Below, one piece after another: positions 42,542 to 51,458 of a DNA stretch of 64,000 nucleotides (its first letter is position 1; each line of letters opens with the position of its first letter). The stretch is taken from positions 451,661-515,660 of the forward strand of contig OZ245730.1 in the NCBI GenBank assembly GCA_965227145.1, given 5' to 3'. The position numbers and the translations under genes were made by a program. The notes beneath the pieces were generated by a model that saw only the letters and a program-made list of their open reading frames with translations, did not search any database and was not told the DNA's origin. This DNA is from Calditrichia bacterium. Its GTDB lineage: Bacteria > Calditrichota > Calditrichia > RBG-13-44-9 > J075.

Positions 42542-42824
42542 AGCAGCAAGCCTGGATCGCTGGATCACTACCCGCCCGGACGATACGAAAAGCAACTCTG
42601 CCGGCTGCGAATGCTGCAGCGGGCCGTTTGACCCGGACGCCGAGGGCGTGGTTGCATGGGAAAAGGGGCGCGAAATCGTGGTTGCGGTTTGCGAAAGCTG
42701 CGTTCCGGAGATGTTCTCAAGGTATGCAAAAGTAGTTGAAAGCTGCCTCGCCGGGCATCCGTACGACCGGAAGGAGCTGGGGAAGGCTAACCGGTTTATC
42801 CGGCAGATGTTGTCAGAAATGTAA
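42516..42824 (+). CDS. Cys-rich (CxC…CxxC) hypothetical protein
   Basis: CECCSGPFDP…VCESCVPEM suggests a zinc ribbon. Confidence 0.35.
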   Translation: MNRMLTPVEAASLDRWITTRPDDTKSNSAGCECCSGPFDPDAEGVVAWEKGREIVVAVCESCVPEMFSRYAKVVESCLAGHPYDRKELGKANRFIRQMLSEM

Positions 42825-42913
42825 AACCCCACGATGAGCAGATCGCGGGGCTATTATCGGGTTGTGAGTAAATCATTGCACTCACCCACACCAAAAAATT
42901 AAGGAGAAAATCG

Positions 42914-44224
42914 ATGGCAAACAATGCCTTTTTTCAGGAGCTCGAAAATACCCGCCCGTTTTTTAAGGCGGCGTTCGAAGGATTTAGCGGAACGGGAAAA
43001 TCGTTCACGGCCGGCGTGATCGCCTGCGGGCTGCACGATATGATCAAAAGCAAAAAGCCGATCGCGCTGTACTACACCGAGCGCGCCGGCAAGGGCGCGA
43101 TGGCTAACTTCTACAGCCAGCGCAAAAAGAAGGCAATCATTAAGGAATCGCGGACGCTGGCGGACCTGCTGACGACCATCAACCTGTGCGAGCAGGGCCA
43201 CGCGGATATCCTGGTGATCGATTCCATTTCCCATATTTGGGAAAGCTTTGTCCAGGCGTATATGCGCCAGAAAAACCGGAAAAAGCTTTACTTCCAGGAC
43301 TGGGGCGTTTTGAAGCCGGACTGGAAAGAGAAGTTTTCCGACCGCTTCCTGGAGGCGCAGGTGCATATCATTTTCACCGGGCGCGCCGGCTACGAGTACG
43401 ACTTTGTGGAAAACTCCGACGGCGAAAAAGAGCTTGCAAAGACCGGCATCAAAATGCGGGTCGAGGGCGAGACAGAGTACGAGCCGGACATGGTCGTGCT
43501 GATGGAAAAGGTAAAGGAAATGAACGGCAACGTCATGAGCCTAAAGCGCCGGGCGCTGGTCGTTAAAGACCGCACCAACCTGATCGACGGCAAAAGCTTT
43601 TTCAACCCTTCCTTTGAGGACTTCAAGCCAGCCATCAACATCTTGCTCGCCGGCAGCGCGGTGGCGGATAACTTCGATGAAACGCCGGACGATTTTGAGT
43701 CCGACGATACCTACGAAAACCGCAAAAAGCAACGCACCATTCTGCTTGAGGAAGTGAAGGGCATTTTTGACCAGCTGGAGCTGGGGCAGAGCGCCACGGC
43801 AAAGGCGTTCAAGGCCGATCTGGCGGAAAAAGTTTTTGGCAGCCGGAGCTGGACAGCTATCGAAGAGCTCGATCTCAAGCTGCTGGAAAAGGGCAAAACC
43901 CTCCTCGATACCTACAAAGCCTGGTTTGTTGAATATTTCCGCGGGCGCAAGTCCCAGGGCTTGGACCTGAACAAAGAGGATGCCCTCGCGGCGCTGGAAA
44001 AGATCATCAGCCCGCCGGCAGAAACCCCGGCAGACGAGTGGCTGGCGGAAGCCGAAAAGCCGAAAGCCCCCCGGGCCTCAGCGCCCAAAAAGCAGGCGCC
44101 GGACGAGCTGCCCGGATTCGATACCGAGCCGCAGTCCTTCGGCGATGCTCAGGAACCGTCCTTCGGCGGTGCTCAGGAGCCAGCCGGCGCAGCCATCAGC
44201 AACGGGCAAACGGATCTGTTTTAA
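42914..44224 (+). CDS. phage RecA-like/AAA_24-type ATPase (Sak4-like) with Pro/Ala/Glu-rich C-terminal extension
   Basis: P-loop FEGFSGTGKSFTA; Walker B-like ILVIDSISHIW. Sits within the replication/recombination module. Confidence 0.55.
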   Translation: MANNAFFQELENTRPFFKAAFEGFSGTGKSFTAGVIACGLHDMIKSKKPIALYYTERAGKGAMANFYSQRKKKAIIKESRTLADLLTTINLCEQGHADILVIDSISHIWESFVQAYMRQKNRKKLYFQDWGVLKPDWKEKFSDRFLEAQVHIIFTGRAGYEYDFVENSDGEKELAKTGIKMRVEGETEYEPDMVVLMEKVKEMNGNVMSLKRRALVVKDRTNLIDGKSFFNPSFEDFKPAINILLAGSAVADNFDETPDDFESDDTYENRKKQRTILLEEVKGIFDQLELGQSATAKAFKADLAEKVFGSRSWTAIEELDLKLLEKGKTLLDTYKAWFVEYFRGRKSQGLDLNKEDALAALEKIISPPAETPADEWLAEAEKPKAPRASAPKKQAPDELPGFDTEPQSFGDAQEPSFGGAQEPAGAAISNGQTDLF

Positions 44225-44359
44225 TGGAACCGTCCATCGACTTCGCTCAGGAACCGCCCCGTTGGGAATATTTGACAAAGGAACAGTTTCTCAAGCTGCT
44301 GGCGCGCGTCCGGCAGCTTGAGGCTGAAAACAGCAAACTTCGAATGAGAGGCAAGATCA

Positions 44360-46183
44360 ATGCAATTATCATCCATAAAGCTGACCAACTTCTTGAACCA
44401 CTCCGAAGCGGCAGTGGACTTCAACAAAGTGAACATTTTCTCCGGGCACAACGGCGCCGGAAAAACGGCCATCCTGCAGGCGATCCTGTTCGCGCTGACC
44501 GGGATCAGCCGGCGTGACCCGGTCCAGTGGGGCGCGAGATCCTGCGCCGTGAACCTCGTTTCAAACGACTTAGAGATCACCCGAAAGGAAACCCGATCCG
44601 GCAGCAAGGAGCTTTCGCTCTGGAAAAAGGGCGGGGACTTTGAAGGGACGATCACCGAAAAGCAAAGCCAGCTGATGCGGCTGTTTGGCATGACGGAAAC
44701 CCAGGTCGAGGCGGTTCTGGAAACCGGGCGGTTCCTGGAGCTGAAGGACGACGACCGGAAGGACGTGATTTTCCGGGCGCTGGATATCCGGGTAACGGCG
44801 GAGCACCTGCTGGGCTGGCTGGGCAAGCAGCAGCCGGATATCGACTGGAATAAAATTGTTGGCCGCGAAATAGAAAGCGGGCTGAATCCGGATGCGGACA
44901 ACCAGAAGGTTTTTGTCGAGCGGCGCCGGGCGGCCAAGCGCCGGCTGTCTGACCTTTCCGCGGAAATGGATCGCTTCCTGCAGCTGCCCAACGTGGATAT
45001 CCGCCGGAAGCATAACGCCCAGGCGCTGCTGGCTGATCTGGAAAAGAATCTCGCGGAGCTGCACCAGCGCAAGGGCGAGGCAAGCCACCTGCCCCGGATA
45101 ACCGTGGAGTTTGAGGCGGTCAAGTCCGAGCTGAATAAGCCGGACAACTCCGACCGGATCCGCGGGCTGACCTACGACGCCGAAGTCCTGCAGGAGCAGC
45201 TGGACGGGCTGAACGCGGAAAAGGAAACGCTGCTGGAAAAGGTTTCGACCGAACGCGGGACGATTGCCGGCATCGGCGCCTTTCAGGATTTGGGCGATAG
45301 CTGCGACCGCTGCGGGCAAAGGGTCACCAAAACCCTTGCGAAACGGCTGGCGTCCGAGCACAGCAAGCGGGTGAAGCTGCACGAATCCCTGCTGAAGGAT
45401 GCGACCGGCAAGCTTGCGGAAGTGAATAAGGAAGCCGGCGAAATATCGAATAAAATTGGCGCGCTTAAAAAGGAAATCCGCGATCTGGAATCCGGCAACT
45501 ATAAGGGCGACCGCAAAACGCTCGAAAGGCGTTACGACGAGCTGCTGGCGGAAAAAAAGCGGCTTTCGGAAATCGTGGTGACGCCCGCGGAAATTGATGC
45601 GTTGGAGCTACGAATCAGCAACGGTCGGAACCTGCTGGCCAATATTGAGCTGGTGGAACAGTCCGAAAAGCGCAAGGCGGAGATCGAGGAAGCGGTTGCC
45701 GAAACGCAGCTGGAAATTGAGGCGTCCGACTGGCTGGAAAAGGCGTTCTCGCCCAAAGGCGTGAAGGCGGATCTGCTTCGCAGCGCCATCGCACAGGTGG
45801 AGGATCTCGCCAACGAATTCCTGAGCCCGCTGGGCTTTGGCGAGTTCCGGATCCAGACAACCGACGGCTCGCGCGAGGTCTTTCGGGTGATGGTCGGCGA
45901 AAAGCCTGATGTATCGTTCAGCCGGGCGCAGCGCCACGCCATTAACTTCGTGATACAGGCGGTGCTCTCCCAGCTGACCGGGCTGAAAATTCTGGCGGTG
46001 GACGACGTGGACATGTTCGTGGGCGATACCAAAAGCCTGGTCAACCGGATCATTTTTAACAACATCGCCAAGTTTGATACAGTCCTGATTTTTAAGGCGG
46101 ACGCCGAAAAGCCCAAGCCGGTGCCGGTGGACGGCGTTTCCCAGTTTTGGCTGAACGGCAAGCTGGAGGAGGTAAAGGCGTAA
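44360..46183 (+). CDS. SbcC/Rad50-like SMC-family ATPase
   Basis: N-terminal Walker A (IFSGHNGAGKTAILQAILFALTG), long coiled-coil middle, C-terminal D-loop and Walker B (LKILAVDDVDMF). Confidence 0.65.
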   Translation: MQLSSIKLTNFLNHSEAAVDFNKVNIFSGHNGAGKTAILQAILFALTGISRRDPVQWGARSCAVNLVSNDLEITRKETRSGSKELSLWKKGGDFEGTITEKQSQLMRLFGMTETQVEAVLETGRFLELKDDDRKDVIFRALDIRVTAEHLLGWLGKQQPDIDWNKIVGREIESGLNPDADNQKVFVERRRAAKRRLSDLSAEMDRFLQLPNVDIRRKHNAQALLADLEKNLAELHQRKGEASHLPRITVEFEAVKSELNKPDNSDRIRGLTYDAEVLQEQLDGLNAEKETLLEKVSTERGTIAGIGAFQDLGDSCDRCGQRVTKTLAKRLASEHSKRVKLHESLLKDATGKLAEVNKEAGEISNKIGALKKEIRDLESGNYKGDRKTLERRYDELLAEKKRLSEIVVTPAEIDALELRISNGRNLLANIELVEQSEKRKAEIEEAVAETQLEIEASDWLEKAFSPKGVKADLLRSAIAQVEDLANEFLSPLGFGEFRIQTTDGSREVFRVMVGEKPDVSFSRAQRHAINFVIQAVLSQLTGLKILAVDDVDMFVGDTKSLVNRIIFNNIAKFDTVLIFKADAEKPKPVPVDGVSQFWLNGKLEEVKA

Positions 46184-46542
46184 TGAAAATTACATTCAAC
46201 CAGCACAACGAATTTATTGAAGAGCTGAAAAGGGACAGCCTGTTTATTGATCGAAAGATTGTCCGGGTGACCCGCCAATTCCGGCGCGCCGGCGGCGGGC
46301 TTCCCTTTACCGAGGCAAGCATTCTCGCCTCATATTCAATCCGGGTTAACCCTCAATCTGGTAACGACCACAGCCGCCAGGTTATCTCGTTGAATAATTA
46401 TTGCGGCCGGTACATGCTGGAAGATCCGCACGAGGAGAAGGTGCTGAAGCTTGCGGACGAAATTCAAGGCGAGATCGAGGCCGCCGCAAAAAAGCTGAAC
46501 ATGGAAATTCGCGCTGGGTATATCGAGGACGGAGGTGAGTGA
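46183..46542 (+). CDS. hypothetical protein
   Basis: The ATG overlaps the sbcC-like stop (TAATG); 119-aa frame. Confidence 0.4.
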   Translation: MKITFNQHNEFIEELKRDSLFIDRKIVRVTRQFRRAGGGLPFTEASILASYSIRVNPQSGNDHSRQVISLNNYCGRYMLEDPHEEKVLKLADEIQGEIEAAAKKLNMEIRAGYIEDGGE

Positions 46543-46808
46543 TGGTGTATATCCTCCATTTTTCCCAGCCCTACTTTCACGCCCGGCACTATGTCGGTTT
46601 TACCGAGGATGCCGGCCGGCGGTTGAAGGAGCATTTGAACTCGAGCAGCTCAGGCTCGCCGCTGGTTCGCGCTGCGCTGGATTCCGGGATCACCGTTTCG
46701 GTGGCAAAGGTTTTTTCTGACGGCGACCGCGAGCTGGAGCGGAAAATAAAGAAGGCTCACAGAACGGCGCGGTATTGCCCGATCTGCCAACGGGAGGCGT
46801 CGGCATGA
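46539..46808 (+). CDS. GIY-YIG family small endonuclease-like protein
   Basis: Segment VYILHF…HYVGFTEDAGRRLKEHLNS fits the GIY…YIG…R…E pattern. C-terminal CPICQ. Confidence 0.55.
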   Translation: MMVYILHFSQPYFHARHYVGFTEDAGRRLKEHLNSSSSGSPLVRAALDSGITVSVAKVFSDGDRELERKIKKAHRTARYCPICQREASA

Positions 46809-48529
46809 ACTTGAAATACATCGACGGCGTGTTTGTGTTCGAGTGCGGTTATATGGAGCGGCATCTTCCCAAAGATGCCGGCTTCCAATGGCATACCGAC
46901 AGCTGCAGCCAGAAGTGGTGCCCCGCCTGCCTGGTCGGGCTGGGCAAGGGCTGGTTTACTGCCAGCGACGTAATCGCCGAAAAGCTGATCGGTCTTGCCG
47001 ATGAAAGCGCCATCGCGGCGCTGTCGGAAAGCAAGAAGGCGCGCGAGGCGACCCTGAAGCAGAGCCATGCCCAGGAATCCGATATCGAAATCCCGGCGCC
47101 AAACGGGCTGGATTACCTGCCCTACCAGCGGGCCGGCGTTGCCTTTGCGGCTTCGCGCGAGGCGGCGCTGATCGGCGACGAGATGGGGCTGGGAAAAACG
47201 ATTCAGGCGATCGGGCTGATCAACTACCTGCCGGAGATCCGGCGGGCGCTGGTTGTTTGCCCGGCATCGCTGAAGATCAATTGGAAGCGCGAGCTGAAAA
47301 AGTGGCTGATGCCTGAGCGGGAATGGTTTATCGGTATCGCCGATTCGAAGTCCTTCCCGCGGGCGGATATCGTAATCATTAACTACGATATTTTGGGGCA
47401 TCACCGGGAGGAGTTGCGTCGGCTGCCGTGGGATTTGATGGTCCTGGACGAGGGTCACTATATCAAAAATCCGGATGCCAACCGCTCCAAAGAGGTTTAC
47501 GGCGCAAAGGTTCGCGGCGCAAAGGTGCCGCAGATTCCGGCCAAGCGCCGGCTGATTTTGACCGGGACGCCCATCGAAAACCGCCCCGCGGAGATCTGGG
47601 CTTTGTGGCGCTACCTGGACCCGGACGCCTGCCCGACCCATCAGCGGTTTATGCAGACCTATTACGAGAGCGAGCCGCAGGAGGTCTTTATCCGGGGCGG
47701 CGGCGGGAAAAAGCGCAAGATTACCAGCTACACCGAGCCGCGAAACCTGGACGACCTGCAGTATCGCCTGCGGACAACCGTGATGATCCGCCGGAAAACC
47801 GCGGACGTGTTGACCGAGCTGCCGCCCAAGCGCCGGCAGATTATCGAGATTCCGCAGGTGGACGCGGCGGAGCTGATCCAGCAGGAATTCGCGGCGTACC
47901 GGGAGTATAAGGCGTCGATATCGGCGCGGGAAAACGCCCGGACGCTCGCCAACGAGCGGGACTACCGGGAGCGGATCACCCGGCTCCGGGAAAACGAAAA
48001 CCAGAGCATGGCAAACCTCGCCAGCGCCCGGAAGCGCCTCGCGCTGAAAAAGATCCCCTTTGTGGCGCAGCATACCGAGGAGATGGTTGATTCCGCCGGC
48101 AAGGTCGTGCTGTTTGCCTACCACCGGGAAGTTATCGAGCGGCTGAAGCAGCACTTCGGCGCGTCGGCTGTTCACCTTTATGGCGGGATGAGCGCGGCGG
48201 AAAAGCAGGCGTCCATCGATGCCTTCGACAACGATCCGCGGGTGACGGTCTTTGTCGCTTCGATTATCGCCGCCGGCGTCGGGCTGAACCTCACCGTTTC
48301 GAACCACCAGATTTTTGCGGAGCTGGACTGGGTGCCGGGGCGCATCGAGCAGGCGGAAAAGCGCTGCCACCGGATCGGTCAGGAGCGCCCGGTGCTGATC
48401 CAGCACATCCATTTTGAGGAGTCGCTGGACGCCTTTATGGCAAAGAAAATCATCGAGAAGCAGGAGCATATCGAGAAAGCGTTGGATAAACAGGAACCAT
48501 TATCACAAGGAGCCAACAGCCATGTCTAA
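46805..48529 (+). CDS. SNF2-family DNA helicase with N-terminal Cys/His-rich region
   Basis: Motif I (DEMGLGKTIQAI), motif II DEGH (MVLDEGHYIKN), helicase-C region (…LNLTVSNHQIFAELDW). Cys/His cluster HTDSCSQKWCPAC at the N-terminus. Confidence 0.8.
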   Translation: MNLKYIDGVFVFECGYMERHLPKDAGFQWHTDSCSQKWCPACLVGLGKGWFTASDVIAEKLIGLADESAIAALSESKKAREATLKQSHAQESDIEIPAPNGLDYLPYQRAGVAFAASREAALIGDEMGLGKTIQAIGLINYLPEIRRALVVCPASLKINWKRELKKWLMPEREWFIGIADSKSFPRADIVIINYDILGHHREELRRLPWDLMVLDEGHYIKNPDANRSKEVYGAKVRGAKVPQIPAKRRLILTGTPIENRPAEIWALWRYLDPDACPTHQRFMQTYYESEPQEVFIRGGGGKKRKITSYTEPRNLDDLQYRLRTTVMIRRKTADVLTELPPKRRQIIEIPQVDAAELIQQEFAAYREYKASISARENARTLANERDYRERITRLRENENQSMANLASARKRLALKKIPFVAQHTEEMVDSAGKVVLFAYHREVIERLKQHFGASAVHLYGGMSAAEKQASIDAFDNDPRVTVFVASIIAAGVGLNLTVSNHQIFAELDWVPGRIEQAEKRCHRIGQERPVLIQHIHFEESLDAFMAKKIIEKQEHIEKALDKQEPLSQGANSHV

Positions 48530-48908
48530 ACCAAACACAGTGAGCGTTTACGGTCGTTACGAGCTGAGCAAAAAAGAGCTGGATGAAATCGCCAAGCAGA
48601 CCGCTTTGATCGTCCAGCAAAAGGACCAGCTGCAGGAAGAAAAAAAGAACACGGTCGCCACGCTGAGCAGCCAGATCAAGGATCTGGAGCAGCAGCTTTC
48701 CAGCCTCGCGCAGTGCACCCGCGAGGGCGCCGAGTGGCGCTATCTGGAGTGCCGGGTTGAGTATGATGTTACCCGCGGCGTTAAGGAGTATTTCTGGGTG
48801 CATGACGACCGGTTTATTAAGGACGAGCCGATGACGGCGCAGGAAATTGCCGAGCGCAAGCAGCTGCGGCTTTCGTGGGATATCAATAACGGCGACGGCG
48901 AATTCTAA
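48522..48908 (+). CDS. hypothetical coiled-coil protein
   Basis: The ATG at 48522 is preceded by aaggag; 128 aa. Confidence 0.4.
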   Translation: MSKPNTVSVYGRYELSKKELDEIAKQTALIVQQKDQLQEEKKNTVATLSSQIKDLEQQLSSLAQCTREGAEWRYLECRVEYDVTRGVKEYFWVHDDRFIKDEPMTAQEIAERKQLRLSWDINNGDGEF

Positions 48909-48926
48909 AAAAACGGAGTTAGGCAG

Positions 48927-49859
48927 ATGCCACGCGAAAAAAGAGATACAGTTGAATATTTCCCCCATTACGCCAAGCCTGGCGGGGGGAAAACCAAGCG
49001 GCTGCTGTTCAAGGAGTTCGGTCACGCCGGGAAATCCTGCTGGTTTGAGCTGCTGGAAATCCTCGCGGATTCGGACGGGCACTACCTCGATTTGCGGGAA
49101 GATATCGACTGGCTGGACGTGGTCGAAACGCTCCAGATCGACGAGGAAACGGCGAAACGCTTCTTTGATTTCCTGGTCCGGCTGGGAAAAATCGACGCCG
49201 AATTGTGGGAAAAGAAGGTCGTTTGGTGCCAAAACCTGGTGAACGAGGTTGAGCACGTTTACCGTAACCGGCGTAGAAAAGCGCCGAAAAAGCCGGTGAT
49301 TGATGATTCCAACAGCCAAATCATTCAAGAAACCGAGCCATCGGACGATTCCGGCGGCGTTTCTACGGTAGAAACGCCGGATTTCAGTCCAGAAATGCAA
49401 CAGAGCAAAGTAGAGCAAAGAAGAGCAAAGCAAAGTAGAGAAGAGCAAAGTAGAGCAAAGCAAACCCGCGAAAGTAGCGTAGGAACATCCGCCGGCGCTG
49501 TGAGCCGAAACGGGACCTCGCCGCCCGGCAACGGTTTGCTTCGTTTGCCTCCTGACGGAGATATTTTTGCTACTTTGCTTTTTGTCCTGCGGAAGGATAA
49601 CGGCTCGCGGCATCCCGGAGCGAAAGCCAACGCGGAGAAGAAGGTCGCGGAGCTGCGGAAAACGCAGGATCCCGCCTGGGTATCGGAAAAGCTGGAGCAC
49701 TACAGCTACTGCAAGAAGTTTCGACCGGAGCTTTTGGGCGATAAGCCGACCGGCTACCTGATCGCGTCCATCGAGAAGCGCTACCCGCCGCCCTTTGGCT
49801 ACGACGAGCACGTCCGGCAGCAGGTGCAGGAATCGTTGAAACGGGCATCTCCGGGATAG
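48927..49859 (+). CDS. phage replisome organizer/replication initiation-like protein containing internal iterons
   Basis: Position between the helicase and RusA. The N-terminal domain looks like phage Lin1244-type replication organizers (from memory, unverified). The internal 10-bp-phased repeat encodes the SKVEQRRAKQSREEQSRAKQ stretch. Confidence 0.4.
   Translation: MPREKRDTVEYFPHYAKPGGGKTKRLLFKEFGHAGKSCWFELLEILADSDGHYLDLREDIDWLDVVETLQIDEETAKRFFDFLVRLGKIDAELWEKKVVWCQNLVNEVEHVYRNRRRKAPKKPVIDDSNSQIIQETEPSDDSGGVSTVETPDFSPEMQQSKVEQRRAKQSREEQSRAKQTRESSVGTSAGAVSRNGTSPPGNGLLRLPPDGDIFATLLFVLRKDNGSRHPGAKANAEKKVAELRKTQDPAWVSEKLEHYSYCKKFRPELLGDKPTGYLIASIEKRYPPPFGYDEHVRQQVQESLKRASPG
49402..49460. repeat. 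iteron-like tandem repeats: AGAGCAAAG at exact 10-bp phasing (5 full copies + partial)
   Basis: Copies at 49402, 49412, 49422, 49442, 49452 (49432 degenerate). Inverted CTTTGCT-type copies and an AT-rich tract lie at 49531-49590. Confidence 0.65.
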
Positions 49860-49911
49860 CCGGCAGTGGCACGAGCTGAACCAAAACCAAAAACCAACGA
49901 GAGGAGAACGC

Positions 49912-50337
49912 ATGAAAACGGCGCACAATCACGCCAGCGAGCTGGTTAACCGGCTCCGGCTACGGGAAAGCCCGGTGGATGGCAACGGCGACCTGGACGA
50001 GGCGCGGGACGTTGCGGAGGCAACCCGGATGATCGCGGATTACATCGAGCAGAACTTTATCGGCGAGCTGATGCAGCTGGAATACCTGCTGGCGGAGAAA
50101 TCTACCGGCGGGGCGTTTCTGGAAATCAAGCGCGGGATGGACGTCAAGGGCATGCTGGCGACTGCCGAGCGGGAGCTGAGCCTGCGGCGCCGGTGCTACC
50201 CGGAGTGGGTGCGGATCGGGAAAATGTCCCAAAGCCTTGCCGACCGGGAGCTCGCGCGGATGGGCGAAATTGTTTCTCTGCTGCAGGATGCCTGGGCGGA
50301 GGTTAACCCGGAAAATAAGCAAACGTCGCTGCTGTAG
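49912..50337 (+). CDS. hypothetical protein
   Basis: 141-aa ORF in the prophage early region. Confidence 0.4.
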   Translation: MKTAHNHASELVNRLRLRESPVDGNGDLDEARDVAEATRMIADYIEQNFIGELMQLEYLLAEKSTGGAFLEIKRGMDVKGMLATAERELSLRRRCYPEWVRIGKMSQSLADRELARMGEIVSLLQDAWAEVNPENKQTSLL

Positions 50338-50345
50338 GAGGAGGA

Positions 50346-50711
50346 ATGCCCAGTGAGCAATGGACAAGCGAAGAGTACCAAGAGTGGGAACGTTCCGGAA
50401 AGTGCCCGGATCGTTATCGAGTTCCCGGTAAAAATGGCCAGCTGGAACCAGATTCTCGCCATGAAGCGGGGCAAGCTGATGCGCTTCAAGAAGTTGTGTC
50501 GGAGTATCGCATCACAGTCTATCACTACCGTCACCGGCTCGCCGACTTCGACAACCTCTGCACGAAGTACTTCCTCGATGCCATTGTTGATTCGGGACTA
50601 CTACCAGGCGATACGCCCGACAAGGTCATCATGACCCATAAGCAAATCAAGATCCCAACAACCCTAAGCGAGAAAACCGTTTTTGAAATCGAGAGGAATG
50701 GCGAACGATGA
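50346..50711 (+). CDS. rusA: RusA-like Holliday junction resolvase (N-terminal part appears to be in the +1 frame: possible frameshift)
   Basis: C-terminal two-thirds align with E. coli RusA (…HYRHRLADFDNLCTKYFLDAIVDSGLLPGDTPDKVI… vs …[29 protein letters not shown]…). A RusA-like N-terminus (IEFPVKMASWNQ) is encoded in the overlapping frame 50353-50634. Confidence 0.55.
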   Translation: MPSEQWTSEEYQEWERSGKCPDRYRVPGKNGQLEPDSRHEAGQADALQEVVSEYRITVYHYRHRLADFDNLCTKYFLDAIVDSGLLPGDTPDKVIMTHKQIKIPTTLSEKTVFEIERNGER

Positions 50712-50947
50712 GCGTACCAAAAAAGCAAAAGGGCATGATTCAGCTGACCCAGTATGTGCACGTGCAAGCGCAGTGGCCCGGGGTGAGCATCAACAAGGTT
50801 TTTAACGGCGAGGGCTACCTGAACAAGCTGGCAGCCATGGTCGAGCGGGACGGGCGGAAGTTTGAGCTGCGCCCGAACCCGGAAAACAAAAGGGAGCTGG
50901 CGTTGTTTGTTCAGCCGGTTCCGCGGCACCAGCGCACGCAGCCGTGA
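50708..50947 (+). CDS. hypothetical protein
   Basis: 79-aa ORF overlapping the RusA stop. Confidence 0.3.
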   Translation: MSVPKKQKGMIQLTQYVHVQAQWPGVSINKVFNGEGYLNKLAAMVERDGRKFELRPNPENKRELALFVQPVPRHQRTQP

Positions 50948-51053
50948 TCCGGGCAATTTTACGCGATCTGGGGCGGAGGCGGCTAACCACAATACGGCTC
51001 TGCCCATTTTAACGCAACACAACCGATTTTCCGTGACTGAGGGAAAGGCAAGG

Positions 51054-51266
51054 ATGATCAAAGTCAAGGCATTGAAGCAGTTCGGCGGGGAAGCCTACGA
51101 ATTCGAGTTTACCGTTCGGGAGTTGAAAGATATCAAGCGAGATCTGATCCGGGCGGTTTTTGCGTATAACCTGTCGGTTGCCAGCTGCCGGTCGGATGCG
51201 ATTACCTGGACGGCGGAGATGCTGAACTACTCGGAGCGGTGGGTTTGGGAGTGTGTGCGGGAGTGA
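51054..51266 (+). CDS. small hypothetical protein
   Basis: ATG at 51054 preceded by gggaaagg; 70 aa. Confidence 0.3.
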   Translation: MIKVKALKQFGGEAYEFEFTVRELKDIKRDLIRAVFAYNLSVASCRSDAITWTAEMLNYSERWVWECVRE

Positions 51267-51458
51267 AATAGTGAACATTTTTATTGACAAAAGGCGAAAA
51301 AAAACCTTACCTTTAGTGAACAAAAATTCACACAATTTGTTTTGTTAAATGCTTCTCTGGTTCTGACGAAAATTTCATTTTTTCTTAATAATTTTTCATG
51401 AATTTATCTCTTCACTATGCTTTCAGTATTGAAGGTCTAGCTTTTTGAAGAGGGGGAT

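Noticed and set aside
44221-45382. Long minus-strand ORFs (44221-45147, 44570-45382) and the Pro/Arg-rich + ORFs 44038-44517 and 43980-44321
   Set aside because: They overlap the well-supported AAA ATPase and SbcC-like genes. They are high-GC antisense or off-frame artefacts with biased Arg/Pro/Ala composition.
49402-49460. Possible CRISPR-like array
   Set aside because: The repeats are 9-10 bp with no spacers, and they lie inside a coding frame. They are iterons, not CRISPR.
46757-49932. Minus-strand ORFs 46757-48469 (570 aa), 48450-49928 (492 aa) and 49570-49932
   Set aside because: They are antisense to the SNF2 helicase and replication-organizer genes, which carry clear motifs. Their composition is Arg/Leu/Pro-biased, typical of GC-rich antisense frames.
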